A stretch of 64,000 nucleotides of DNA. It comes from Thainema sp. GTDB lineage: Bacteria > Cyanobacteriota > Cyanobacteriia > Phormidesmidales > Phormidesmidaceae. The notes beneath the pieces are model-generated. The model did not search any database. It was not told the DNA's origin and saw only the letters and a list, made by a program, of their open reading frames with translations. Positions 50,106 through 59,505 of this stretch are shown here, piece after piece (position 1 is the stretch's first letter; each line of letters opens with the position of its first letter). Location: assembly GCA_052168235.1 (NCBI GenBank), contig JBQLZK010000018.1:1-64000 (forward strand), given 5' to 3'. A program made the translations under genes and the position numbers.

Positions 50106-50486
50106 TTAGCGAGTACCCCCGCCCTGCATACGTCCAGGGAACTGGCTGCCGGGATGTTCCTGATTGAACACTTGTATAGTGCTGACTACTGCGTCATCTG
50201 CGGTTACTACGCTGAGGTCACCAGGCTGACAATTACCAAAGCGATCGGTCATATCGCAGCTCCGATGTGCTTGAAATGTTGAAGCAAGGTCACCATTGGA
50301 TATATCCAATAAGCTGGCGCGCCTAACGATTACAACTGCTGAGCAAGTGTCAGCAGTTGCACCGGAAGTGGAGCTGTAGCTGGCTGTGAATGCTTGTGCC
50401 GCTGATGGCAGCAAAACCCCAGCAGCCGAACTTGCCAGCAGCGCCAGCGCATATTGTTTGTGTTTCTTGTGTCTCTGTCGCGCCAT
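50106..50486 (-). CDS. Small secreted protein ending in PGRMQGGGTR
   Basis: Basic N-terminus, hydrophobic stretch and AQA signal-peptidase site; three Cys; first gene of the co-oriented cluster. Confidence 0.65.
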   Translation of the reverse strand: MARQRHKKHKQYALALLASSAAGVLLPSAAQAFTASYSSTSGATADTCSAVVIVRRASLLDISNGDLASTFQAHRSCDMTDRFGNCQPGDLSVVTADDAVVSTIQVFNQEHPGSQFPGRMQGGGTR

Positions 50487-51192
50487 ATTGCAAAACCAAT
50501 TGAGTTGAACACTGGTTGCAACTGCCCTAAAACCTCCGCCAAGAGTGAATCTAATAGGGAATAGACTCGATTCCAGATTGGGTCAGAATGGAATCGACAG
50601 CACTGAACATAGCGCTAGAAACACGGACTTTTTTGCGTGTTTATCAATACAACACTTGCATTATTAAACAGTAGATAACTTCCCGCAATTTGACCTAGTA
50701 AAGCTCATAAAAGATTTACTGATTACGGTAAGAACATGAGGTCATGAAGCTCAATGTCCACTCCAGAACTGACGAAGCCTAGTGACTATGACTACAAACT
50801 GCTTGAATATTATGAAACAGCCATACAGCCTCCGTAATTTCACGGCCTATGCCTCAACTAACAAAGCCTTATTTTGTATCAAATCTTTAATCAGCCTTTA
50901 GTGTCCTTTTATTTTTCTCTTACTTATTCTTTTTTGCTCGGCACAGTTTTCTGGATCTACATAATTTCCACAAATTTCATATCGCTTTGTTTTGAGCTTG
51001 TTGATAGATTTAAGTAAAAATCCGTAGCCCAGTCCTGCCAGATCATTTAAGCCAGACTCTACATAACGTTTTGCGTCAAGGTATAAACGTTTTGGTGAAA
51101 TGCTCCGTCCTCCCCTAAAACGTCCTAACCTAGATAGCGATCGCACAATCGCACTATCGAACTATTTACCGCAACATACCAACTATCTAACT

Positions 51193-51924
51193 ATGGGATA
51201 CGGTTTATATCTTTACGGCATTTTCCCGGCTCCAGGGCCGCAAAATCTAGAGCTTGAAGGTTTGGATAAGCAGCCCGTCAAGTCTCACACGATTGATAAA
51301 TTCACTTTTTTGTACTCGGAAGCCCAACAAGAACGCTACTTGGCGAGTCGGCGCAACCTGCTGGGCCATGAGCGGGTACTGGAGCAATCCATGATGGCTG
51401 GCCATCGGACACTACTGCCGCTTCAATTTGGACTAATTATCTCGGAGTGGAATGATGTCATTAGCCAGCTGATTCAGCCTAAACAGGAAGCACTCCAGCA
51501 GTTGTTTGCCAAGCTAGATGGACATCGAGAGGTTGGCGTCAAGGTTTTTTGGGAAGAAGCAGCCGAACTCGAAATGCTCATGGCTGAAAATGAGAAGCTT
51601 CGCGCTGAGCGAGATCGCTTAGAGGGTAAGAATCTCAGTATGGATGAGGTGCTATATATCGGGCAGGCGATTGAACAGGCCGTTCGCGATCGCAAAGAGG
51701 CAATCGTGCAAGTGTTTCAAGATGCCCTGACAGTGTTGGCCGTTGAATCGGTAGAGAACGACCTGCTCACCAGTGCGATGATTTACAACGCAGCGTATCT
51801 GATTCCCTGGGATGCTGAATCCAAATTCAGCGCCAAAGTGGAAGCACTGGATGCCCAATTTCATGACCGACTACGAATTCGCTATAACAATTTCACGGCA
51901 CCGTTTAACTTTGCTCAACTCTAG
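51193..51924 (+). CDS. gvpF: GvpF/GvpL-family gas vesicle protein
   Basis: LYLYGI, RRNLLGHERVLE, LLPLQFG, REVGVKVFW, IYNAAYLI and APFNF; ATG at 51193. Confidence 0.85.
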   Translation: MGYGLYLYGIFPAPGPQNLELEGLDKQPVKSHTIDKFTFLYSEAQQERYLASRRNLLGHERVLEQSMMAGHRTLLPLQFGLIISEWNDVISQLIQPKQEALQQLFAKLDGHREVGVKVFWEEAAELEMLMAENEKLRAERDRLEGKNLSMDEVLYIGQAIEQAVRDRKEAIVQVFQDALTVLAVESVENDLLTSAMIYNAAYLIPWDAESKFSAKVEALDAQFHDRLRIRYNNFTAPFNFAQL

Positions 51925-52055
51925 CAGCCAACGGCGACCTGATTTCTGGCCGAATTGGGCGGTGATCACGATCAGGTAATAACCCGCTCATCCGAAGTTT
52001 TAGGGCAAGATGTAAGACGTGTAGATTTTTCTGTGGAGTACTCTAGCGGATTCGT

Positions 52056-54014
52056 ATGAGTATCTTAAGCCTGCGATCGGTTCAAAAAGACTTTGGCATC
52101 AAGGAGATTTTGCGCGAGGCCAACTTCAACCTGGAGGCCAACGATAAGGTGGGCCTGATTGGTACCAATGGCTCCGGTAAGTCCACGCTGCTGAAGATGA
52201 TGGCAGGCTTGGAGCCGATTGATGGTGGCGAGATTCAGGTCAATTCCAGTCTGCGCCTGGTCTATTTGCCCCAGGAGCCGCAGGTTGATCCGAATAATAC
52301 CGTTCTAGAGCAGGTGTTTGCCGCCGCTGGTGAGCGGATGGCCTTGGTGCGTCGCTATGAGGAACTGTCACACCAGATGGCCCATGCCCAGGGTGACAAA
52401 CTGGAGCAACTGATGAACCAGCTCACCCGCGTCAGCGAAGAGATGGAGGCCGCCAACGCTTGGGAACTGGAAACGAATGCCAAAATCATTCTCACCAAGC
52501 TGGGCATTGAGGATTTTGAGACCAAGGTGGGCGATTTGTCTGGGGGCTATCGGCGACGAATTGCCCTGGCGGCAGCACTAATGGCTGATCCGGACGTGCT
52601 GCTGATGGACGAGCCGACTAACCATCTCGACGCGGATTCGGTGGAGTGGCTGCAGGATTTTCTGCGCCAGTTTCGCGGGGCGCTGCTGCTGGTGACCCAC
52701 GATCGCTACTTCTTGGATCGGGTGACGAATCGGATTATCGAAATCGACCGGGGCGACTTCTACAGCTACGACGGCAACTATTCGTATTACTTGGAGAAAA
52801 AATCACTGGCTGAGGCCGCTGCCGCCAGCCGTCAGCAAAAGCATCAGGGTATACTCCGGCGCGAGTTAGAGTGGCTGAAGCGGGGGCCAAAGGCGCGGAG
52901 TACGAAGCAAAAAGCCCGTATCTACCGCATTCAAGATATGCAGGAGACGGAGTTCAAAGAAGCGCAGGGCAAAGTGGAGATGGATGCCCCGGCTCGCCGC
53001 ATTGGAAAGAAAGTGATTGAGCTGGAGCATATTTCCAAATCCTACGGCGATCGCAAGATTATCGACGACTTCACGTTTAAGTTTGGCCCCCGAGATCGCA
53101 TTGGCATCATCGGCGGCAACGGAGTCGGCAAGTCCACGCTGCTGGATATCGTCACCCAGCGCACGGAGCCGGATTCCGGTTCTCTAGACATTGGCTCGAC
53201 GATTCATATTGGCTACTTTGACCAGCATTCTGAGCAGATGGTGGCTGCGGCGAATCAGGAGCAGCGGGTGATTCAGTACATCAAGGATGTAGCCGAATTT
53301 GTCACGACTGCCGATGGTGGCCAAATTACCGCTTCGCAAATGCTGGAGCGCTTTCTGTTCTCTGGCAATCAGCAATATACGCCGCTGCATAAGCTATCGG
53401 GTGGTGAACGTCGCCGCCTATTTCTGCTGCGGGTGCTGATGGGTGCGCCCAACGTGCTCATTTTGGACGAGCCGACCAATGATCTAGACGTGCAAACGCT
53501 GTCGGTTCTGGAAGATTACTTGGAAGACTTCAACGGCTGCGTAATTACGGTATCCCACGACCGCTATTTTCTGGATCGCGTAGTGGAGCGGATTTTCGCC
53601 TTTGAGGGCGACGGCGAGATTTGCGAATATCCCGGCAACTATTCAATTTATTTAGAACGCAAGCAGGTCGAGGTGCAAGACGCAAAAGCTGAAGCTGCGA
53701 TCGCAACTCCAGCGTCCAAATCCAATGCTCAGTCAAACGGCTCGGCTCAAGTTGCGAGTGTGGAGCCGGATGCTAAACAGAACCAGAATCGCAAACGCAA
53801 GTTGTCCTACAACGAAAAGCGCGAACTGGCTCAGCTCGAAACGCAAATTCCAGAGTGGGAAGCCGAGAAAGAAACGATTGAAAAAACGCTCTACGGCAAT
53901 CCGCCCAGCGGCTACACCGAGGTTCAGCAGCTATCCGAGCGGCTGGCGGATCTCACGTCTACGATTGATCACGCGACGGAGCGCTGGCTAGAGCTGTCGG
54001 AGCTAGATGCGTAG
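52056..54014 (+). CDS. ABC-F family ATPase (Uup-like)
   Basis: Two ABC domains (GTNGSGKST and GGNGVGKST, LSGG, DEPTN), ARSTKQKAR linker, C-terminal coiled coil ending RWLEL. Confidence 0.93.
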   Translation: MSILSLRSVQKDFGIKEILREANFNLEANDKVGLIGTNGSGKSTLLKMMAGLEPIDGGEIQVNSSLRLVYLPQEPQVDPNNTVLEQVFAAAGERMALVRRYEELSHQMAHAQGDKLEQLMNQLTRVSEEMEAANAWELETNAKIILTKLGIEDFETKVGDLSGGYRRRIALAAALMADPDVLLMDEPTNHLDADSVEWLQDFLRQFRGALLLVTHDRYFLDRVTNRIIEIDRGDFYSYDGNYSYYLEKKSLAEAAAASRQQKHQGILRRELEWLKRGPKARSTKQKARIYRIQDMQETEFKEAQGKVEMDAPARRIGKKVIELEHISKSYGDRKIIDDFTFKFGPRDRIGIIGGNGVGKSTLLDIVTQRTEPDSGSLDIGSTIHIGYFDQHSEQMVAAANQEQRVIQYIKDVAEFVTTADGGQITASQMLERFLFSGNQQYTPLHKLSGGERRRLFLLRVLMGAPNVLILDEPTNDLDVQTLSVLEDYLEDFNGCVITVSHDRYFLDRVVERIFAFEGDGEICEYPGNYSIYLERKQVEVQDAKAEAAIATPASKSNAQSNGSAQVASVEPDAKQNQNRKRKLSYNEKRELAQLETQIPEWEAEKETIEKTLYGNPPSGYTEVQQLSERLADLTSTIDHATERWLELSELDA

Positions 54015-54021
54015 TTGGAAC

Positions 54022-54054
54022 TGATTGTGTCACCGCAGCACGGTGACACAATCA
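54022..54054. terminator. Bidirectional terminator-like hairpin
   Basis: TGATTGTGTCACCG-cagca-CGGTGACACAATCA between convergent genes. Confidence 0.65.
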
Positions 54055-54058
54055 CAGA

Positions 54059-55336
54059 TTAACCCTGCACTCGATAGCCGATGTCGCGGCGGTAGTAGGC
54101 TCCTTCAAAGCTGATTTTTTCAGCCGCTTGATAGGCCCGTGCGATCGCATCTTTGAACGTTTCGCCAGTTGCGGTTACGCCCAGGACTCGACCGCCATCG
54201 GTAATGATGACTTGTCCCTGCAAGCGCGTCCCGGCATGGAAGACGGTGACATTCTCTAGCTGATCGGCGGCTTCCAAATCGCTGATCGGCTTTTTCTTCT
54301 CGTAGGGGCCAGGGTAGCCACCCGCAGCCATCACCACGCAGGCGGAAGCAGCGGGTTTCCATTCAATCGGCGGCAGGCTTTCCAACCGCTGTTCCACACA
54401 GGCCATCATCAGGCTGTCCAAGGGCGTTTCCAGCAGCGGCAGCACCACCTGAGTTTCCGGATCGCCAAACCGACAGTTGAATTCAATTACCTTCGGGTCG
54501 CCCTCCGGCGTAATCATCAAGCCTGCGTACAGAATGCCGCGATAGTCAATGCCTTTATCCCGCAGCGCCGCGATCGCAGGTTCCAAGATCTCGGACTGCA
54601 CCCGCGCCATAATCGCATCGGTGACTACGGGAGTAGGCGCATAGGCACCCATGCCGCCTGTATTCGGCCCGGTGTCGCCTTCGCCAACCTGTTTGTGATC
54701 CTGAGCGGGCAGTAGGGGACGAATCGTCAGACCATCGGTAATTGCCAGCACCGAGGCTTCCTGCCCCACGAGGCACTCCTCAATCACAACGGTTTGTCCG
54801 GCATCACCGAACTTGCCCGCAAAGCTGTCCTGAATTGCTGCCTTGGCTTCGTCAAGCGTAGCCGCAACGGTAACGCCTTTGCCTGCCGCAAGACCGTCGG
54901 CTTTGATTACAATCGGCGCGCCTTCCTTCTCCACGTATGCGATCGCAGATGTCGCATCGGTAAAGGTGGCCGCCTTGGCCGTGGGAATATTGGCCTCCTG
55001 CATGAGCTGCTTAGCCCAGGCTTTGCTGGCTTCGATCTGTGCGCCTGCCTGAGTGGGGCCAAATACCCGGATTTCCTGATCGCGCAAATAGTCGGTCACG
55101 CCCAGTGCTAATGGCTGCTCAGGGCCAACCACCACTAAGCCGATATTATTGACCAGACAAAAGCGACTGATTCCCTCAAAATCATTCATGGATAGAGGTA
55201 AATTGCGGCAGTTTTCTAAGCGAGCCGTGCCGCCATTGCCTGGAACGCAGACCACCTCTCGCACCTGCGGTGATTGCAGCAGTTTCCATGTCAGAGCGTG
55301 TTCACGCCCACCATTGCCAATTACTAAAGCTTTCAC
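54059..55336 (-). CDS. purD: Phosphoribosylamine--glycine ligase
   Basis: GNGGREHAL, KADGLAAGKGV, GPNTGGMGAY, EFNCRFGDPE and GGRVL; GTG at 55336. Confidence 0.97.
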   Translation of the reverse strand: MKALVIGNGGREHALTWKLLQSPQVREVVCVPGNGGTARLENCRNLPLSMNDFEGISRFCLVNNIGLVVVGPEQPLALGVTDYLRDQEIRVFGPTQAGAQIEASKAWAKQLMQEANIPTAKAATFTDATSAIAYVEKEGAPIVIKADGLAAGKGVTVAATLDEAKAAIQDSFAGKFGDAGQTVVIEECLVGQEASVLAITDGLTIRPLLPAQDHKQVGEGDTGPNTGGMGAYAPTPVVTDAIMARVQSEILEPAIAALRDKGIDYRGILYAGLMITPEGDPKVIEFNCRFGDPETQVVLPLLETPLDSLMMACVEQRLESLPPIEWKPAASACVVMAAGGYPGPYEKKKPISDLEAADQLENVTVFHAGTRLQGQVIITDGGRVLGVTATGETFKDAIARAYQAAEKISFEGAYYRRDIGYRVQG

Positions 55337-55406
55337 CGACACTCCTCTCTCCACCTATGGAACTTGACAGCAAAACGACCCGTCAAATGATGTCTACTGA
55401 GATCTA

Positions 55407-55486
55407 GGCGTTGCTTAATCTGGGGCTAAGTTGTGATGTGGGGGCACTGCCCCCACATCACAACTCAATCCTTAAATCAGCAATCC
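55407..55486. mobile_element. Degenerate MITE-like element with central perfect hairpin
   Basis: GGCGTTGCTTAAT ... AAATCAGCAATCC imperfect TIRs; 18-bp perfect inverted repeat at 55429-55465. Confidence 0.5.
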
Positions 55487-55586
55487 CAAAATCTGCATTA
55501 ACGGCGTCCTTGCTGCAAAGATTCGACTTGTAATGTTCAATTTAAGCAACAATCATCTTATAACGATGCCGAGACCCTGACGTAAC

Positions 55587-57278
55587 TTGTCCGTCATGAT
55601 TTATCACAACCCCGAACCGAAGCCAGTGAATTTTAGGTTAACTCATCTCAACTATGCAGGACTCATTGCTGGATTAAGCCTGCTCATGAACGGTCAAACT
55701 GCGATCGCAAATCCGTCTCATCTCAATTCAGATTCAGCTCGTTTAATAATCGCCCAAGCCGATTCAACGGGTGATGCAAGTGATGATATCGTAGTACCCA
55801 CAGAAGTAGACGCTGAAACGGGTGATGCGAGTGATGATGTAGTACCCACAGAATCAGAATCAGACGCTGAGGCTGAATCAGAGTCCTACGAAATCTTTGA
55901 CGGTAGAGAGTTTAATTTTGAGCCTGCTTCTGAGCTAGACGAAGATGACGATGAGATTGATCCGGCTCTGGATGAGGACGCGGTTGAAGATGCAGAGTTC
56001 GGTAATGCAGACGAGGCGGATGAACTAGAAGCTTCAGGCGACGATGAATCCGACGATGAATCCGACGATGAATCTGACGGTGAAACCGAAGACGGGGAAG
56101 TAGAACCCAATCGGTTTGAGATTCGCGACGAGTTTTTCAGCAATCCACTACAGGATGAACCACTCGACCCACTCATCCCGTCAGCAGCGGTCAATCGCCC
56201 CCTCGACGAAGCGGAACAGGCTGAACTACGCGAAGATTTGAACCAGCTTCACGCCCAGGGTGTGGCTCAATATGAAGCAGGCGAATTAGAAGCGGCGCTG
56301 GCGATCTGGCGGCGAGAACTGCGGCTGTGGCGGTTGCTGCCGCCGATGGAAGAAGTGCAGGCATTGGATCGGGTGGGCCTAATCGTTTGGGATGAGAACC
56401 AAACCACTGATGTCAACATCATCACCGAACGGCTCCAGCAAATTCGCACCGCTGAACTCGACCCCGATGAAACCATTGACGCAACGATTCCGGTTGACTT
56501 TGAGCTGCTCCAGGCAGTCGGTGAAGCCTTTGCCACAGTGCGCTCCTACGACGATGCCGTCACGTCCTATGAGCAAATTGCGTTTGAGGCGCGACGACGC
56601 AATGAAGACGCCATTCAAGAATCAGCGCTGAATACCCTGGCTGATATCCACTTGGCCTGGTTCAAGTACCCCTCAGCCGCTTCGGTTTATCAAGAGCTAA
56701 TGGCGTTTGCCCAAAATCGCAATGATGCCGCCAGTGAACTGGATTATCTGGAACTCTTAGCCAAAACCTACGATCGCGGCGATATTTATCAGCAGGCCAT
56801 CGTCACTCAGGAGCAGTTGGCCGAAAACTTTCAAACCAAAAGCCCTGAAGATGTGCCGGCTCTAAAAATTGCGATCGCAGCCAATCACGAAGCGCTCGGT
56901 CAGTATGAACAAGCGGCCCGCGCCTATCAGGAAGCGTTTACGGTTGCTCAAGCTCAGCAGCAGTATGGCCTGGCCAGCGATGCGCTGAATGCTCTGGCTG
57001 AAATGTATCTCTCGTTAGAACGCCCGGATGATGCCCTGTACGTTTATCAGCTTCTAGTAGACGTAGATAGCCAGTCCTACAACCGCTACGGCCAAATGGA
57101 GACCTATGACAATATTGGCCTCATTCACCTGCGTCAAGGCAATCCAACTCAAGCCTTAAGTGCGTTTCGACTAGGACTTGCGATCGCAGAACAAATCAGC
57201 TACCGCGAGGATTACTTTAACCGTCGCATTCAAAGCATTACTGATACACCCAAACCTGGTAAGCTTCCAGCGCTATAA
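55587..57278 (+). CDS. Secreted TPR protein with Asp/Glu-rich low-complexity N-terminus
   Basis: Signal-like segment, acidic region with internal duplications, C-terminal TPR helices. Start uncertain. Confidence 0.8.
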   Translation: MSVMIYHNPEPKPVNFRLTHLNYAGLIAGLSLLMNGQTAIANPSHLNSDSARLIIAQADSTGDASDDIVVPTEVDAETGDASDDVVPTESESDAEAESESYEIFDGREFNFEPASELDEDDDEIDPALDEDAVEDAEFGNADEADELEASGDDESDDESDDESDGETEDGEVEPNRFEIRDEFFSNPLQDEPLDPLIPSAAVNRPLDEAEQAELREDLNQLHAQGVAQYEAGELEAALAIWRRELRLWRLLPPMEEVQALDRVGLIVWDENQTTDVNIITERLQQIRTAELDPDETIDATIPVDFELLQAVGEAFATVRSYDDAVTSYEQIAFEARRRNEDAIQESALNTLADIHLAWFKYPSAASVYQELMAFAQNRNDAASELDYLELLAKTYDRGDIYQQAIVTQEQLAENFQTKSPEDVPALKIAIAANHEALGQYEQAARAYQEAFTVAQAQQQYGLASDALNALAEMYLSLERPDDALYVYQLLVDVDSQSYNRYGQMETYDNIGLIHLRQGNPTQALSAFRLGLAIAEQISYREDYFNRRIQSITDTPKPGKLPAL

Positions 57279-57619
57279 GTGACGAGTTTCGATTACCGAA
57301 TCAAGATAATTCACCGATTGATATTGATCGATTTGGCCCACCAACTCTAATGATCGAAATTGGTAGCAGTTCCTTCAAAGATGACTTGGGAGCCAAGCGG
57401 TTGCTCTATGAGCGTTTAAGCGTGGCGGAATACTGGGTCGTGAATGTCACAGAGAAACAGGTCATCGCCTTTAATATCGCCAACAGCCGCAGCGGCGAGG
57501 TTCGAACGTCCGAGGTGCTGTCCGGTTTAGAGATCGCCTTGGTGGAGGAAGCGCTACAGCGTTCTCAGACTGAAGATGATAGCGCTCTGATGCGCTGGCT
57601 GATGGATAAATTGCGGTAA
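57275..57619 (+). pseudogene. 5'-truncated Uma2-family (PD-(D/E)XK) endonuclease remnant
   Basis: Reads ISDEFRLPNQDNSPIDIDRFGPPTLMIEIGSSSFKDDLGAKRLLYERLSVAEYWVVNV; the N-terminal half including the PD motif is missing and there is an in-frame stop at 57260. Confidence 0.75.
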
Positions 57620-57814
57620 AGGATGTATGGAAGTAGAAGTGCGATCGCACAACTCATTATGGACAGCAAGTTTCTATTAATAATTCCAGCGAATATTGGG
57701 TACCCATTACTGCTCCTGTTGATGGCTATGTATTTTTTAGCTTTTTGGAAAATTGTTCCTAGCAGTGTGAGTTCGTCATCTTCTATTGGAGCAGATTACT
57801 AAATAATTTGCACC

Positions 57815-57856
57815 TAAAACGGAACCCCAAAAGCATTGCTTTGGGGTTCCGTTTTA
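57815..57856. terminator. Terminator-like inverted repeat
   Basis: TAAAACGGAACCCCAAAAGCA-t-TGCTTTGGGGTTCCGTTTTA (one bulge), downstream of the beta-barrel gene. Confidence 0.55.
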
Positions 57857-57926
57857 AGCTATAGAGTTAAGCGGACGAACAGAAAGGTACTGGACTGGAC
57901 TCCTAAGCAGCAGTTAGCTGTTAGAA

Positions 57927-58415
57927 CTAGAAGGTGTAACCCAAGCCAACGATACCGTTCACGTTCGTATCATCGTAAAAGTTGACATTAACTGTGCCGT
58001 TAACCGTAACTCGCCGACTAACGCGATAGTCAATTCCCGCAGTTGCCATTGGCGCAACATCTTCGCTACCCGTTGCATAGGTTACGCCTGCACCAATAAA
58101 CGGTAGCAAACGGCCATTCTCTGACAGAGAGTTGAAGTCATAGGTGATTGGCAACGATAACTGAGTATTGCTGTCGTCTTCATCGAAGTTGAGGTCGCTA
58201 ATGACGCTGGGGCGAAGCGAAACTTGATTAGCAACCCGCAGTTTGCTGTTGATCGCCAAGCCAACATCGCTGTCAGGACCGAGGTCGCCGACCCCAACGC
58301 CAACACCAAGATAGCTATAGTCTGTGGGAGCTTCTTGTGCGCTGGCCATTGGTGCGATCGCAACCGTTGCAGACGTTAGACTAGCAGCAATTAGCGCAAA
58401 TAATTTGATGTTCAT
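57927..58415 (-). CDS. Small outer-membrane beta-barrel protein
   Basis: Signal peptide (ASA), YSYLGVG, SLRPSV, LPITYDF, PFIGAGV and C-terminal GLGYTF. Confidence 0.82.
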   Translation of the reverse strand: MNIKLFALIAASLTSATVAIAPMASAQEAPTDYSYLGVGVGVGDLGPDSDVGLAINSKLRVANQVSLRPSVISDLNFDEDDSNTQLSLPITYDFNSLSENGRLLPFIGAGVTYATGSEDVAPMATAGIDYRVSRRVTVNGTVNVNFYDDTNVNGIVGLGYTF

Positions 58416-58909
58416 CGTGTTCTCCAAGTATTGACAACGAATTTCAGTGAGTAAAGCCTCGATCTATTCCTATTGATTGATGGTTTTTAGTAAACTCTGT
58501 ACGTTATTGAAACACGCTACAGAAACCGATCTGTTTTGATTGATCAACGCAGTATATTCAGCGTTACGTCAAGGAATAGCCGATGTTAGTAACATCAAAA
58601 ATCAGCAATCAAATACTTCGCTCTGTAAACTATTGCTGATAATAGATGACGAGATTGAGAAGGCTTTTTTTTCAGGCTATGAATGTAACTTCCGCTCTCA
58701 TGTTTTAGTTATAGCGATTTAATTTCTGTCTGTTTCTGTTGTGTATGACACTTTGTTTAGATGCCTAAACCTTAACATTTAGCCGGAAAACCCTACTTTT
58801 TCCAGGGAACTTTTTTGGGAACAATGTCGTCTTCGTTTGCGTAGTAGCTTACAAAAGCGCATATTGATTGTGACTAATTACAATATCACTTAGATATGAA
58901 AGTCTGATG

Positions 58910-58961
58910 AAAATAAGAAGCGGCCAAAAGTGCGATCGCACTTTTGGCCGCTTCTTATTTT
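58910..58961. repeat. 52-bp perfect palindrome centred on HIP1
   Basis: AAAATAAGAAGCGGCCAAAAGT-GCGATCGC-ACTTTTGGCCGCTTCTTATTTT. Confidence 0.85.
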
Positions 58962-59505
58962 ATGACGGCTACTTGTATATAAAACTTTCTAACGAACCAA
59001 TTAAATGCATTTTTTACAGTTTCTTATATAAGAATATTTAAGAATTCCATCTGACTTGGATCTTAAGCTCCTGTATGGTGAAATTTTATTCTTTAAAACT
59101 AAATTACTAATGCAAAAAATCATTGACGATAGGGGATCGCTGTTTTTATAAAGGTAGTATGAGTTGGGATCTGTCGTGGCGTTTTGCAACCTAGCTTCTG
59201 TCCAATTCAAGTAAAGCCGATAGTGAATCACGTCAGTGCAATGAGGGAGTAGTTCAGTAGGCATTTCAGTAAAAATACGGTTTTTGCGTCACTAGCAAAT
59301 ACTATTTGCTAGTTTGGATGATCAAGCAGTTGTGGATATAACCGCGTCAGTAACTGCTGTTGAGCAATAACTTGCCCATTTTAGAAGAATGGAGCAAAAT
59401 ACAAAGAAATATTAAATCGTCCGTACTTTATCGGAGATTTTGTTCCACGAACCATGTAATTTAGAACGAAGCTTAATTTTCCTTCACGTTTCGGAGATTT
59501 TATGC

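Noticed and set aside
50003..50486. The 126-aa ORF as a frameshifted 5' part of the metalloprotease
   Set aside because: Each ORF has its own signal peptide with an AxA site, so they are better read as separate genes.
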